From positions 29,751,857 through 29,815,856 of the forward strand of contig NC_083407.1 of NCBI RefSeq assembly GCF_020745735.1: a DNA stretch of 64,000 bases. Direction: 5' to 3'. The notes below the pieces were generated by a model. That model saw only the letters and a list, made by a program, of their open reading frames with translations, searched no databases and was not told the origin of the DNA. The stretch's first letter is position 1. Every line of letters starts with the position of its first letter. Made by a program: the position numbers and the translations under genes. Positions 24,445 through 38,394 of the stretch are shown here, one piece after another. Origin of the DNA: Hemiscyllium ocellatum. Lineage: Eukaryota.

Positions 24445-25600
24445 AGAATCATAGAGATGTATAGCATGGAAACAAACCCTTCAGTCCAACTTGTCCATGC
24501 CGACCAGATATCCCAACCCAATCTAATCCCACCTGCCAGCACCCGGCCCATATCCCTCCAAAACCTTCCTATTCATATACCCATCCAAATATCTTTTAAA
24601 TATTGCAGTTGTGCCAGTGTCCACCACATCCTCTGGCAGTTCATTCCATACACATATCACCATCTGTGTGAAAAAGGTGCCCCTTAGGTCTCTTTTATAT
24701 CTTTCCCCCTCACCTTAAACCTATGCCCTCTAGTTCTGGACTCCCTGACCCCAGGTCACGCCTCAGCCTCCAATGCTCCAGGGAAAACAGCCCCAGCCTG
24801 TTCAGCCTCTCCCTATTGCTCAAATCCTCCAACTCTGGCAACATCCTTGTAAATCTTTTCTGAATCTTTTCAAGTTTCGCAACATCCTTCCGATAGGAAG
24901 GAGACCAGAATTGCACGCAATTTGCAACAGTGGCCTAACCAATGTCCTGTACAGCTGCAACAGGACCACCCAACACCTGTACTCAATACTCTGACCAATA
25001 AAAGAAAGCATACTAAACACCTTCTTCACTATCCTATCTACCTGCAACTCCACTTTCAAGGAACTTTGAACTTGCACTCCAAGGTCTATTTGTTCAGCAA
25101 CACTCCTGAGGACCTTACCATTAAGTATATAAGTCTTGCTAATATTTGCTTTCCCAAAATGCAGCACCTCACATTTATCTGAGTTAAACTCCATCTGCCA
25201 TTTCTCAGCCCATTGGCCCATCTGATCAAGATCCTGTTGTAATCTGAGGTAGCTTTTTTCGCTGTCCACTACACCTCCAATTTTGGTGTCTTCTGCAACC
25301 TTATTAACTGTACCTCTTATGCTCGCATCCAAATCATTTATGTAAATGACAAAAAGTAAAGGACCCAGCACCGATCCTTGTGGCAGTCCACTAGGCACAG
25401 GCCTCGAGTCTGAAAAACAAACTTCCATGACCACTCTATGTCTTCTATCTTTGAGCCAGTTCTGTATCTAAATGGTTAGTTCTCCCTGTATTCCGTGAGA
25501 CCTAACCTTGCTAACCAGACTCCCATGGGGAACCTTGTCGAACGGCTTTCTGAAATCCATATGGATCACAACTACTGTTCTGCCCTCATAAATCCTTTTA
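24445..25600 (-). mobile_element. CR1 3' fragment including the RT C-terminus
   Basis: ORF 24820-25434: GLPQGSVLGPLLFVIYINDL...AEDTKIGG...DLGV. Confidence 0.92.
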
Positions 25601-25657
25601 TTGAATGTACCTGTGTGCCTTTAAGAAATATACAAATAAGTTGAGGACATTCTCAAG

Positions 25658-27623
25658 AAAAAACAAAAGAACTGCGGGTGCTGTAAATCTGAAACAATAA
25701 TAGAGATTGCTGGAAAAGATCAGTAGGTCTGGCAGTACCTGTGGAGAGAAATTAGAGCTAGCATTTCAGATCGTGTGACACTTCCTCATGGTAGCTCAGA
25801 AAATGTCAGTTCAAGTGCAGAAGATAGAGTGGGGAATGGGGGTAGGAATAAATGATAAGTGGGGATAGAGCCCAAAGAGAGAAAAGGATGGTTGGATAGA
25901 TAAAGGAGTCAATAACAATCTGACTGGGAGGGTGACTAGCTGTTAATGGGGACTGTTAGTGGCTAACAATGGGTTGCATTTAACAGCAGACCAAGTAATA
26001 ACATGTCCTGATGTATGGGGCTCAAGCCTGAAATTATTGAACTCGATATTAAGTCTGGAAGGCTGCAGTCTCCCCAAATGGAAAATAAGTTGCCGTTCTT
26101 CCAGCTTGCATTGAGATTTGCTAGAGCACTGCAGCAAGCCTGGCATAGAATTGTTGGCCAGGGAAGAGGGAGATTTGTTGACGTGGCAGGCAATTGGAAA
26201 CTCATGGTCTTTCTTGTGGACAGATGTAGATGTTCTGCAAAGTGGTCACCCAATCTCCGCTTCATTTTTGCAAGGTGGTCACCCAATCTACACTTCGTTT
26301 CCTCAATGTGGAGGAGATCACATCGGGAGCAGCGAATGCAATAGACTGAATTATACGAAGTGCAGATGAAATGCTGCTTCATTTGGCAGGTGTGCTTGGG
26401 TCCTTGGATGCTGTGGAAGGAAGAAATAAATGGGCAAGTATTATACTTTCTGCAGTTGTTGCAGAAAGTGCCGTGGGGCTGTGGGGAATGTTGAGAGTGA
26501 AGGAGGAGTAGACCAGGGTGTCTCAGAGGGAACGCTCCTTGCGGAAGTTGGACACGGGAGGAAAGGGAACTCTGTGTCTGGTGATGGCATCCTGCAGGAG
26601 ATGGAAGAAATGGTGGCTCATGATCCTCTGAATGTGTATGTTGGTAGGATGATGGGTAAAGACAAGGAGGACCCTGTTGCTTTGCGAGGAAGAAGAGAGG
26701 GAGTGATGGCGGAAGTTCAGGAGATGGGTCGAACCCGGTGGAGGGCCCTGTCAACAACGGTGCTGGACAATCCTCGGTTGAGGATGAAGGTGGACATTTT
26801 GGAGGCTCCCTTGTTGAAGTTGGCATTATCAAAACAAATGTGATGGAGACAGAGGAACTGGGAGAATGGAATAGATTCTTTACAGGAAGCAGGGTGAGAG
26901 GATGTATAGTCAGGGTAACTGTGGGACTTGGTGAGTTTTAATGGATTTTGTGGGCCAGTCTATCCCCCGAAATGGAAATAGAGATGTTGAGGAAGAGAAG
27001 GAATGAGTCAGAAATGGACCAGGTGAAAATAAGGCTGGACTGGAAATTGGAAGTGAAATTGATGAAATTTTCCAATTCCAAATGAGAGACAGAAGTAGCA
27101 CTGATAAGTTCTGGGTGTTGTTCCATGTACCCCATAGAGAGACAGGCATAATTGGGGTCCATGTGGATACCCATGGCCACCCATCTGACCTGAAGAAAGT
27201 GAGAGGAGTTAAAAGAGAAGTTGTTCATCATTAGGATGAGCTTGCCCATTTGGGGAATGTTAGTGGAGGATGGGGAAGGTCAGGCCGTTGTTTCAGGAAA
27301 AAGCAGAGAGCCCTGAGGACATCCTTGTTGGGGATGGATGCGTAAAGGGATTGCACATCTCTGGTAATGAGGAGGTAGCTAGAGCCTGCAAGCTGGAAAT
27401 TCTGAAACTGGTGTAAAGCGTGAGCTGAATTGTGGATTTAAGTAGGAGGGACTAGACCCAGGGAGCAAAGACTGCATCAAGGTAGTAAGAGATGAGTTTT
27501 GTGGGGCAGGAGCAGGCAGAAACAATGGGTCTGCCCAGGCAGTCATGTTTGTAGATTTTGGGAAGGAGTTAGAAGCAAGCTGTACAGGGTTGGGGAGGCT
27601 ATCAGCTTTGAGGCAGTGGGGGG
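25658..27623 (-). mobile_element. Decayed PLE (Neptune-like) with RT and GIY-YIG remnants
   Basis: FLQVRWVAMGIHMDPNYACLSMGY (PLE RT motif); FICTSYNSVYCIRCSRCDLLHIEETKCRLGDH (GIY-YIG); LIFHLGRLQPSRLNIEF C-terminus; pLTR-like end at 25658-25790. Confidence 0.88.
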
Positions 27624-27869
27624 GGAATACATTCTCAAAATTGATCTGTTAAACTTTGACCACAACCAGTGTGAACTGTTGCAAATGATAACTGCTAGAT
27701 TTGAGTAACTACAAGGGTTGCAAAAATCATGACCAGGATGACCTGACAAAAGCCCTGGAGAAGGTTTGTACATTTTGGCCATATAGAGACAAACTTGGTC
27801 TATCATGAAAGTAATTTCCAAGATCAAACAAGTCTTATTGAAAAATTGCAGCATGCTGCTGTGCAGAAG

Positions 27870-29135
27870 ACCCCAGATATCCTTGTGTATGGATCACCAA
27901 AAGTTGATTTGCAGGTGCAACAGATAATTAAGAAGAAAAATTGAATATTGTCATCATTGACTGAGGGATGGTGTTTAAAAACAAAGAGGCAATGCTGCAG
28001 CTGTATCAGCTGCTGGTGAGGCCAAACTCTGGAATACTGTATACAATTTTGGTCTCCTTCCTGGGAAAAGGATGTACTAACACTGGAGGAAGTGTGCAAA
28101 GGTGGTTCACTAGGTTGATTCCAGAGTTGAAGAGATTGAATAGACAGGGACTGTAGTCACTGGAGTTTAGAAGAGTGAGGGGGGGGATCTTGAAGAAACA
28201 TATGAAATTGTGAAGGGAATAGGTCAGGTAGAAGCAGGGAGGTTGTTTCCACTGGCAGGTGAAACTAGGTAAAAACAATGACTGCAGATGCTGGAAACCA
28301 GATTCTGGATCAGTGGTGCTGGAAGAGCACAGCAGTTCAGGCAGTATCCAACGAGCAGCGAAATCGACTTTTCGGGCAAAAGCCCTTCATCAGGAATAAA
28401 GGCAGAGAGACTGAAGCGTGGAGAGATAAACTAGGGGAGGGTGAGGGTGGGGAGAAAGTAGCATAGAATACAATGGGTGAGTGGGGGAGGAGATGAAGGT
28501 GATAGGTCAGGGAGGAAAGGGTGGAGTGGATAGGTGGAAAAGGAGCTAGGCAGGTAGGACAAGTCTGGACAAGTCATGGTGACAGTGCTGAGCTGGAAGT
28601 TTGAAATTAGGATGAGGTGGGGGAAGGGGAAATGAGGAAGCTGTTGAAGTCCACATTGATGCCCTGGGGTTGAAGTGTTCCGAGGTGGAAGATGAGGTGT
28701 TCTTCCTCCAGGCGTCTGGTGATGAGGGAGCGGCGGTGAAGGAGGCCCAGGACCTCCATGTCCTCGGCAGAGTGGGAGGGGGAGTTGAAGTGTTGGGCCA
28801 CTGGGTGGTGTGGTTGATTGGTGCGAGTATCTCGGAGATGTTCCCATTGCCTCAAAATTAGGGAGAGCAGATTTAGGACTGAGTTGAGGAAGAACTTCAC
28901 CCAAAGTGTTGTGAATCTGTGGAATTCCCTGCTCAGTGAAATAGTTGAGGCTACCTCGTTGAATGTTAAGGCAAAGATAGATACATTTTTGAACAGTAAA
29001 AGGATTCAGGGTTGTGGTGAACAGGCAGGTAACTGGAGCTAAGTCCACAAAAAGATCAGCAATGATCTTATTGAATGGTGGAGAAGGATCGATGGGCCAC
29101 GTGGCTTACTCCTGATCCTATTTCTTATATTTTTA
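27870..29135 (+). mobile_element. CR1 3' fragment interrupted by a PLE
   Basis: MLQLYQLLVRP, VQRWFTRLIP, FTQSVVNLWNSL. Confidence 0.88.
28267..28844 (-). mobile_element. PLE family B 5'-truncated copy (GIY-YIG C-terminus and pLTR with hammerhead motif ~28365-28393)
   Basis: EHLRDTRTNQPHHPVAQHFNSPSHS...EEEHLIFHLGTLQPQGINVDF; minus-strand CTGATGAAGGGCTTTTGCCCGAAAAGTC. Confidence 0.9.
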
Positions 29136-30924
29136 TGGGTTTTTTTAGTTTTTTTATTGCCAAAAGCTAATTCTGAGACACTGTATCCATGTGATGTTTA
29201 ACCCACTCGTTGACAAAACAAATCAATGGACCTATTTGCAGTGCATGGGGAGGTGATAGCACTGCAGTGATTATGTCTGAAAATAATAATTGCTCAAAGA
29301 CTTAACAACATGAGTTCAACTGTCACCAACACAATAAATGTACTGCCCATTAGGATCCATCTTGTAAAGTGGGTTTTATTGTTTGTATACTTGATGAATT
29401 GACAACACATTCCCATGGATAACCATGCTTTTTGTTTGGTATTTTTAAAAATATATTTAGAAAGAAAGGGAGAAGTTCTGGGTTTTGTCTTATGTTCAGT
29501 AGCCAGTATACCTTTGAGACATGCTGATGACATCATTACTGTATCATAACCAAAAGTATACAGATTTCATACTCCATTTTAATTTAGATTGAAATTAAAT
29601 ATGACATGCTGTTGGAAACATTTTTCTCAATGCTGTTCTGTTGTAACTAATAACTTAATTTTAGCCTATTTAGATGTGTTTGTATATAATAGTTAGCTGT
29701 ATTAAACATCTGTTAGATTCTTCAATACCTAGTGCCTTACATTGCAAGAGAACAAAAGCATTGTCACAATAGGTAAATGCACTGCTGGAGGAAAGACCCA
29801 CATCAATCTAAAAATTTCATGACCAATTTTTTTTAGAAGGGCACTGGAGACATTAAATTGTTGCTGTGGTCACTGTACAAGTCCAGGCTATCATGCAGGC
29901 CATAGACAAAACACTTGTCTCAGGATTATTATTTTAATCAAGCACTGAAACTCTGCGAGTTTTTAAGAATTGTGCATCTCTTATTTTAATCACACTCGGT
30001 GATCGTGTCACATATTAAAGGTGAAAGTTTACTACTGGAGTTTTCAGTTTGGGAAAGACAATTGAGCTCAATTAGAAATATACGAACAAACCATATTTCA
30101 GTGCCTTTCTTTCAAGAATGATGAGAGATAAAGGAACATGGACTGATTCAGCAAAGTTACCGAAAGCTTCTCTCTCCCTCTCTTTCTCTCAATCTCAATT
30201 TCAACAAAACTGCACCAGTGAAGAAATAACCTGAGGACCAAAACCATTGTACACAGGAAAATCAATACTACCTACAAACTTTGCCACTTCTGAGGAAACG
30301 ACATCAACTGAGTAATGCGATGATTGGAGCTCAGGTTTCACTCTCGCAACTCAATGATTTTAAAGAACTTGCAACCTACAACTGTCCTTATCTACCTGCC
30401 TGTACTTGATATTCCCTTCCCCTCACTGCCAATCTTATTTTTTAGAACTATGACTTATGATTTGTGTATACATTTGTTGTCATTTTTTTGTAGGGATACT
30501 GAACCTACGTTTTCTTTCATTCAAAAAAACCTTAGAACCAGGTCTCCTTCATCTCTGATCTGGTTAACCAAATTTAATTGCAAGATGTGACAGCTGTATG
30601 CTAAGAAGAAAGTAATATATATTTTTATGCATCTGAGAGGGGTTTAAAACAAAGATCAAAACCATGCCCTCATCTTACACAGTCGGTACAAGAAACCTCT
30701 TTAAAACGTGCAATATCTCTAAATATAGCAAAAGATTTGTGTTAGCTCCAACCAAGCATGGTTTCTTACAGTATATCCTCTTCTTTTGTTGATTACATGA
30801 TCTGAAATGACACTTCAGTGTAATGCTAAAAGAGTGTTGCCATTATCAGATGTTTTTGGTGCAAAGATATTTGAAGTCCCCCTCAGGTGAGACATAAAAG
30901 GTCCCACACTATTCAGAAATGGGA

Positions 30925-32456
30925 AGATAAGTCCCCTGGGCCTGATGGCATTTATCCTAGGATTTTCTGGGAAGCAAGGGAGGAAATTGCAGAGCCATTG
31001 GCCTTGATTTTTATGTCCTCGTTGTCTACAGGAATTGTGCCAGAAGACTGGAGGATAGCAAATGTGGTTCCCTTGTTCAAGAAGGGGAGTAGGGATAACC
31101 CTAGTAACTATAGGCCGGTGAGTCTCACTTCTGTTGTGGGCAAAGTCTTAGAGAGAATTATAGGGGATAGGATTTATGAACATCTGGATAGGAATAATGT
31201 GATCAAGGATAGTCAGCATGGTTTTGTGAAGGGCAGGTCGTGCCTCACAAATCTCATTGAATTCTTTGAGAAGGTGACTAAGGAGGTGGACGAGGGTAAA
31301 GCGGTAGATGTGGTGTATATGGATTTTAGTAGGCATTTGATAAGGTTCCCCATGGTAGGCTACTGCAAAAAATACGGAGGTATGGCATTGAGGGTGCATT
31401 AGAGGTTTGGATTAGGAATTGGCTGGCTGGAAGAAGACAGAGGGTAGTAGTTGATGGTAAAGGTTCATCTTGGAGTGCAGTTACTAGCGGTGTTCCGCAA
31501 GGATCTGTTTTGGGACCATTGCTGTTTGTCATTTTTATAAATGACCCAGAGGAGGGGCTCGAAGGTTGGGTGAGCAAGTTTGCGGATGATACGAAAGTCG
31601 GTGGAGTTGTTGACAGTGAGGAAGAATGTGGCAGTTTACAGCGGGATACAGATAAGCTGCAGAGCTGGGCAGAAAGGTGGCAAACGGAGTTCAATGTAGG
31701 TAAGTGTGAAGTGATTCACTTTGGTAAGAGTAACAAGAAGATGGAGTGCTGGGCTAATGGTCGGATACTCGGTAGTGTGGTAGAGGGATCTTGGTGTCCA
31801 TGTATACAGATCTCTGAAAGTTGCCACCCAGGTAAATAGTGCTATGAAGAAGGCATATGGCGTACTGGCTTTTATTGATAGAGGAATTGAGTTCCGGAGT
31901 CCTGAGGTCATGTTGCAGTTGTATAAGACTCTGGTGCAGCTGCAACTGGAGTGTTGTGTGCAGTTTTGGTCACCATACTATAGGAAGGATGTGGAGGCAC
32001 TGGAATGGGTGCAGAGGAGGTTTACCAGGATGTTACCTGGTATGGTAGGAAGATCGTACGAGGAAAGGCTGAGGCATTTGGGGCTATTTTCATTGGAGAA
32101 AAGAAGGTTTAGGAGTGACTTGATAGAGGTGTACAAGATGATGAGGGGTTTAGATAGGGTTGACAATGAGACCCTTTTCCACGTATGGAGTCAGCTATTA
32201 CGAGGGGGCATAGCTTTAAATTAACGGGAGGTAGGTATAGGACAGATGTTAGGGGTAGATTCTTTACTCAGCAAGTTGTGAGTGCATGGAATGCCCTGCC
32301 AGTAGCAGTGGTGGACTGTCCCTCTTTATGGGCATTTAAACGGGCATTGGATAGGCATATAGAGGATAGTGAGCTAGTGTAGGTTAGGTGGGCTTGGACC
32401 GGTGCAACCTCGAAGGCCGAAGGGCCTGTACTGCGTTGTATTTTTCTATGTTCTAT
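30925..32456 (+). mobile_element. Young 5'-truncated CR1, close relative of the intact element at 53241-57181
   Basis: DKSPGPDGIYPRI...QHGFVKGRSCLTNL...KFADDTK nearly identical in protein; a few frameshifts; same ttctatg tail. Confidence 0.95.
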
Positions 32457-33029
32457 GTACATTTTCGCTGGTGTTCTGGTTGGTATTCGTCCCTCAACCA
32501 CCATCAGTTTAAATAGAAATGATGTGCTCATTTTCCTGCTGGAAGTGTTACATAAATAGAAGTTCTTTCACGTATTGTTTGATTGATGTTTGACTGTGTC
32601 GTGGGACTCAGAATGTGGGTTTTTGATGTGCACTTTGGCTGCTCAGGGGAATGACTCAGAAGTCAGAGCAGCCTCATGTGGGTGGAGGTGAGACAGAAAC
32701 TGTTATGACTGCAGAGTCCATGTCTGCTGCAGGTCTCCTGGAAATATAGAATCTCGGTAGGTAAGCTAATTAAAGTGGAAAGAAAAAACATCCCATGACA
32801 TTTTGCAGGTAGACAGCACACAAAAATAAGGAAGAAGAGAAGAAGAAGACTGGACTTGTGAGTTTTAAATAAAAACAAGGAATTGCAGAAAATAGTTATC
32901 AGGGCAGAAATCATCTCTGGAAAAGAACAGAGTTAACATTTCAGCATTGGGACAGTCACCAATGTAAAGCATGAACTCTTTTGTTTTCTTTTTCTCTCTC
33001 TCTGCGGATGCTGCCTGACCTATTGAATG

Positions 33030-33547
33030 TAGAGTCATAGAGATATTCAGCACAGAAACAGATCCTTCAGTCCAACAATCCGTGTTAATCAAATATTCTA
33101 AATAAATCTTGTCCCATTTGCCAACACTTCACCCATATCTCTGTCAACCCTTCCTATTCGCATGCCTTTTAAATGTTTTAATTGTACCAGCCTTCACCAC
33201 ATCCTTTGGCAGCTCATTCCATACATGCAACACCCTCTGCAAAAGTTGCTCCTTAGATCCTTTTTAAATCTATCCCTCTAACCTTAAACCTATGCCCTCT
33301 AATTCTGGACTCCCCCACCCTAGGGAAAAGATCTTGTTGATTCATCCTATCTATGCCCCACATGATTTTATAAGCCTCTATAAGGTCACCCCTCAGCCTC
33401 CAATGCTCCAGGGAAAACAGGCTCAGCCTATTCAGCCTCTCCCTTTAGCTCAAACTCTCCAACCCTGGCAACATTCTTGTAAATCTTTTCTGAATCCTTT
33501 CAAGTTTCACAACATCCCTTTTGTAGCAGGGAGACCAGAATTGCAGC
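33030..33547 (-). mobile_element. CR1 3' fragment inserted in an old PLE-type repeat (~32865-33605)
   Basis: tagagtcatagaga tail and body similar to 24445-24910; flanks gatgctgcctgacc... and ...tttatttcagatttcc. Confidence 0.85.
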
Positions 33548-35279
33548 ATATGTTCAACATTTCCCATTTTTATTTCAGATTTCCAACCTCTGCTGCATTC
33601 TCCTGGTGTACTAGAATTTTAAATATGCTGTTGGAATTGATGGATGGTCAAATGGACACTTTGTGAGATAAGTTGGTTACTTGATTCATCAATGGAATAT
33701 AGAAAAGTAGGCAATCAAATAAAACATCATTTAAAGGTAGACTATACTTCTAACAATATAACTGTAGGTACCTTATAAGTTTGTTCCTTTTTGCCTAGTT
33801 TGGGAAAAGGCTCAACTGATTTTATGAAAGTCTCAATCAAAATAGAGATGTTAAAAGATGTGTTCAACTTCTGTGCAATGATAGTGCCAAGAGACCTCCT
33901 TTACCGCCTTAAAATCCAAATCTTACTTCTTTTTAAGAATGACTTCATTGTATGTGATATTGCCTATGGAAAGTCAGGACAAAACAAATTTTCCTCAGTA
34001 TGTTATTTTGGAGCTTATGAAGCTTCATTTAGTCGAAGAATTGTGCAGCTGCAGGCATGGTTATGTGACAGGTAGCCTTATACTGAAAAATCCTTTTGAG
34101 ATACTACCTGAAGGCATGACAAAATGATAACGCTCAAATGAGGAGTGTGCAGCTTACATATTCATTTGAATGTATTAATGATTATTATATTCATGTGCAT
34201 TTAATTACTTGTGATGTCACATCTGGACAATTCTGTGCAATATTAAACAACATATTTGCAAGTGGACATTAATATATTGCCACTCTTCTTTAGACCTTCA
34301 CCGATGATGATCCTAGGACTTAGGGCTACAAGTAATGAGGAGAGAGTCTCCAAGCTAAAGATATTTTAATAGAAAAATGAAAATTGAAAGGAGTTATGAA
34401 CCCAGTCTTTAAATTGCCAATGGGTGTGGATGATGTGAATGTAAATAGGCTTCTTGAATAGGAAGCCTGCAAAGATTTAAAAGGCACAGGTTTAAAATAA
34501 CAAATCCTGAAGTGACACCCAGATTACAAGAAACAATTTGCCCCTTATGTTGTTGAATGTCAGAAGCAGCAAAAGTTGTTGAGGCTGAGTCATTAACTCC
34601 TTCAGGAATAGAGCTGACTAAGTTCCTGCTGAGGAATAAGATGATGAGATACAATAGAGATATGAATACACTGATGCAACTAATACACCAAAGGCTCTCT
34701 TGTTTCCTGTGCTTTAGGAGTAAAGAATACTGTGTGGAAGATAGCAAGCCCAGCAGTGGGTGAGGATGGATAAATTAACTAGAATTTTGCTTAAATTTAA
34801 GCTAATAGATGCTCATGCAGAATAGTTTGTCAGGCATTTAGGACTGAATTTTCACATTCTACATCCTTAAATTATGTACAGGATAACAAATCTTGTGTTA
34901 CAGAAATCTGTGTCAGAAAAACAGAGCCATTTTGAGGCCTTATTGATGTGTATGATTCTTACCCTTAATTAAAATGAAAATTAGATCAATATTTTTAAAT
35001 TTGTTTGATAAAGTTGAATGTTATGATGACTATAACTTACAGGTCTTAAGCAAACATACAGACAGTTCTGAAAAAGTCTGTCACACTTTTAACATTCGTG
35101 GAAGAGGAAGAAGTTGATAATTCCTCCTTGCAAACAAAAGCGATTCGCTGCTTGCCTATTCTACAGTTCCCTCCACACATTAACTTGCCTTTAAGATGGG
35201 ACAAAAATAGGAGAAAAGCATCTAAGAAAGGAGAAAGAAGAAGGAGAATGGAGGAACATAGGCCCATCAGTTTAATGAA

Positions 35280-35408
35280 ATAAAAACCAAGGCACTGCAG
35301 ATGCTGGAAATCAGAAACAAAAACTCAGCAGGTCTGGCAACATCTGCATAGAGAAAACAAAAATTATGTTTGTGTCTCATGACTCTTCTTCAGAAGTGTT
35401 CTGAAGAA
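35280..35408 (-). mobile_element. Old PLE terminal fragment
   Basis: actgcagatgctggaaatc...cagcaggtctggcaacatctg, ending in a short ttcttcagaa/ttctgaagaa inversion. Confidence 0.6.
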
Positions 35409-35619
35409 CACACTCTCTAAGGCATTCTTGTCCTTTCTATGGATAGCACTTGAAACTGTACACAATACCCCAATGAAAGCCAGTCTATGTCTCTATTAAT
35501 GAAACAAACAAAATCATGCTCTATCCATGTGTCTTGATACTTTCAGTGATCAACACAATATCCAACAAGGTTCCCATTCTCCTGTACTCTTTTAATTATT
35601 GTATCCTTTATTTTGAATT

Positions 35620-36740
35620 TCTAGATTATGACTCTTTTGGGCAAAGCAATACCACTGCTAATACTGATCCTTGAGGGACTCCACTACAAACCTCCCTCCA
35701 CCCAGAAAAATATCCATTGAGCGTTACCCTCTCTATCTTATTACTTAACCAATTTTGTATCTGCATTGCTTGTGTTTTTTTTATTCCTAGAACTTTAACT
35801 TTTCTCACAAGACTGTTGTATGGCACTATATTGAATGTCTTTTGAAAATCAATGTTTACCACTCCAACAGCATTATCCCAATTGACCCTTTCTGTCTGCT
35901 CTTCAAAACACTCCAGCAAGTTAGTTTACCATGGCTTCTCTTTTAGAAATCCGTGCTTATATAGATGTTCTTTCTAGAACTACTCTCAGTATCCAAGGAA
36001 ACTAAAGCCCTCTCTCTTGCATCAACTTTCCATTTGAATGTGGCATGGGCAATAATCTGGAAATCACAATATTTGAGATCTTACTTGCTAATTTTCTACC
36101 AGGTCCTTAAATTCTGATTGCAAGACCATATCTCCCTTCCTACCTAAGAAAATGATACCAATGTGGAACATGACATCTGGCTGTTTAGAACAATGTCCTG
36201 CAACCACTCTTCTACATTCTTGGCCATTGCAACTTCAAGGGGACATTTCTGAAGTCACTTCTTATAGCCTCAGAAGTTAACACTTATTCCCCTAAATAAC
36301 AAATCCATTGTTATTATTGTTCCCTTTTCAGCTTTTACCTCTCCTTTCTGAGCTGTTCATGGTTCCATCTAAGCTCTGACTGGGGAACTAACACCCTCAC
36401 TAGCTTCCAAAACACAAGAAACTAAATGTGAGTGAAACCCCAGGAGACTCCTGCACTGCCTGCCTCTTCTTCTTGAATTGCGCTGAGATCATTCATTCCC
36501 TTACATCGTGGTGTAACCACCACTTTGAACATACTAAATACATAACTCTTGGCCTCAGGAATATGCACAGAAAGTCTGGCCTCCATTCAAGCACTTTCAA
36601 GTGGAGTTCAACTTCCTGCAGTTGCTGGAACTTCCTGCACATATGGTTTTCTAAGAAACTGGCAAAGTCTTTGACTTTAAGCAGATGCTTCTGCTTGCTT
36701 GTTGTTAATAGCTTCACTGAGTTTGACAGTTCACATTGGC
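35620..36740 (-). mobile_element. Decayed CR1 (RT fragment and ORF1 remnant)
   Basis: IDFQKTFN...SGVPQGSVL in ORF 35626-35919; HMCRKFQQLQEVELHLKVLE resembles the ORF1 zinc-finger/leucine zipper. Confidence 0.7.
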
Positions 36741-36741
36741 A

Positions 36742-36855
36742 TTTGCCCGAAACGTCAATTTTACTGCTCCTCGGATGCTGCCTGAACTGCTGCACTTTTC
36801 CGGCACGACTAATCCAGAATCTGGTTACCAGCATCTGCAGTCATTGTTTTTACCT
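36742..36855 (+). mobile_element. PLE family B 114-bp terminal insertion starting inside hammerhead loop II
   Basis: Begins tttgcccgaaacgtc; perfect 14-bp TSD agttcacattggca at 36728-36741 and 36856-36869. Confidence 0.9.
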
Positions 36856-37411
36856 AGTTCACATTGGCAACCAGACTGGTCTGGAGCATTGAGTCCCATT
36901 GAAAATAATGGAGCCCCTCTTGAAGATACTGTTATGCACAATGAAGGCACGTCCTACTCATAATTTAAATATGGATTGTGTTCCTGTGGAAGCCTCTAAA
37001 CAACCTTTTTTTTTCACATGGGCACTGATCAGATTGTTTCAGGTAGTCTTCAAATCCAGATGATTTTCACAGTTTCAGTCTCAACCCATCTTGAAAAATC
37101 ATTGTTGAAGACTTTTTTCCTACTGGATATGCCCAGACAGCACATACTTGTGGAAATTACAGAAAGACAGTGGGGCATGTTTCAGACTAAGAATTCAAAA
37201 CATCTAGAACCGCATTCTTGGTGTGCATAGGTTCTTTCACAAACAAAACCAGTCATGGTGTCAAGCCCAAAGGGATGACAGAAACAATACTGTGGCTAGT
37301 GAAAGGAAAAGGGAATGCTAAGGTGAGTTAGCCACAGTTTTGGGTTGTTTTTCTCCGTTAAACTTGCAGTCTGCAGAAAACACCAAAAAGAAAGCAATTA
37401 CAGAAAATAAT

Positions 37412-37877
37412 GTAAAAACAATGACTGCAGATGCTGGAAACCAGATTCTGGATCAATGGTGCTGGAAGAGCACAGCAGTTCAGGCAGCATCCAACGAGCA
37501 GCGAAATCGACGTTTCAGGCAAAAGCCCTTCATCAGGAATAAAGGCAGAGAGACTGAAGCGTGGAGAGATAAGCTAGGGGAGGGTGAGGGTGGGGAGAAA
37601 GTAGCATAGAGTAGAAGGTGATAGGTCAGGGAGGAAAGGGTGGAGTGGATAGGTGGAAAAGGAGCTAGGCAGGTAGGACAAGTCCGGACAAGTCATGGTG
37701 ACAGTGCTGAGCTGGAAGTTTGAAATTAGGATGAGGTGGGGGAAGGAGAAATGAGGAAACTGTTGAAGTCCACATTGATGCCCTGGGGTTGAAGTGTTCC
37801 GAGGTGGAAGATGAGGCGTTCTTCCTCCAGGCGTCTGGTGGTGAGGGAGTGGCGGTGAAGGATGCCCAGGATTCCAT
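37412..37877 (-). mobile_element. PLE family B 5'-truncated copy
   Basis: Nearly identical to 28269-28760; EEERLIFHLGTLQPQGINVDF; hammerhead motif ~37508-37536. Confidence 0.9.
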
Positions 37878-38394
37878 CCTTGTTGTGAAAGAACGAGGAG
37901 ACTCTAAAGTCTGTAAAATCATACCAGTCTGACTCTAAGACCATCTGTAACTAAATTTGACCTGACAGGGAAACCACAAGATCTTAACTTCACAGCCGAT
38001 TGAACATTTAACTCTGAAGAAATCTGCAACAGTCTGAGTATCTGACATAGAGTCATAGAGTCATAGACATGTACAGCATGGAAACAGACCCTTCAGCCCA
38101 ATCATCTCTTTAAACATGTGAACATGTTTGAAAAAGAATCCAAGAGTGGATAGCTAATTGTAACAAATAAGTGCCCACTTTGTAGTATATGAGTGACACC
38201 ATCAAGAAATAGGCCTTCCACTGAGGAAAAGAAAATCGGTGTCATACAGATGCGCTTATCTTGAATATTAATTTATAATTGAAATGACAGGTTTCAGACC
38301 TCAGACTTATTCAAAAGATAGTTTTTAACCAAAATGAAGGTGTTGAATGGAACTATTAAAAAAATTGCTAATATTTGCATTACTATGTCATCAC

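Noticed and set aside
29875-30690. Possible solo LTR
   Set aside because: Only vague TGT...ACA-like ends, no TSD and no second copy in the window.
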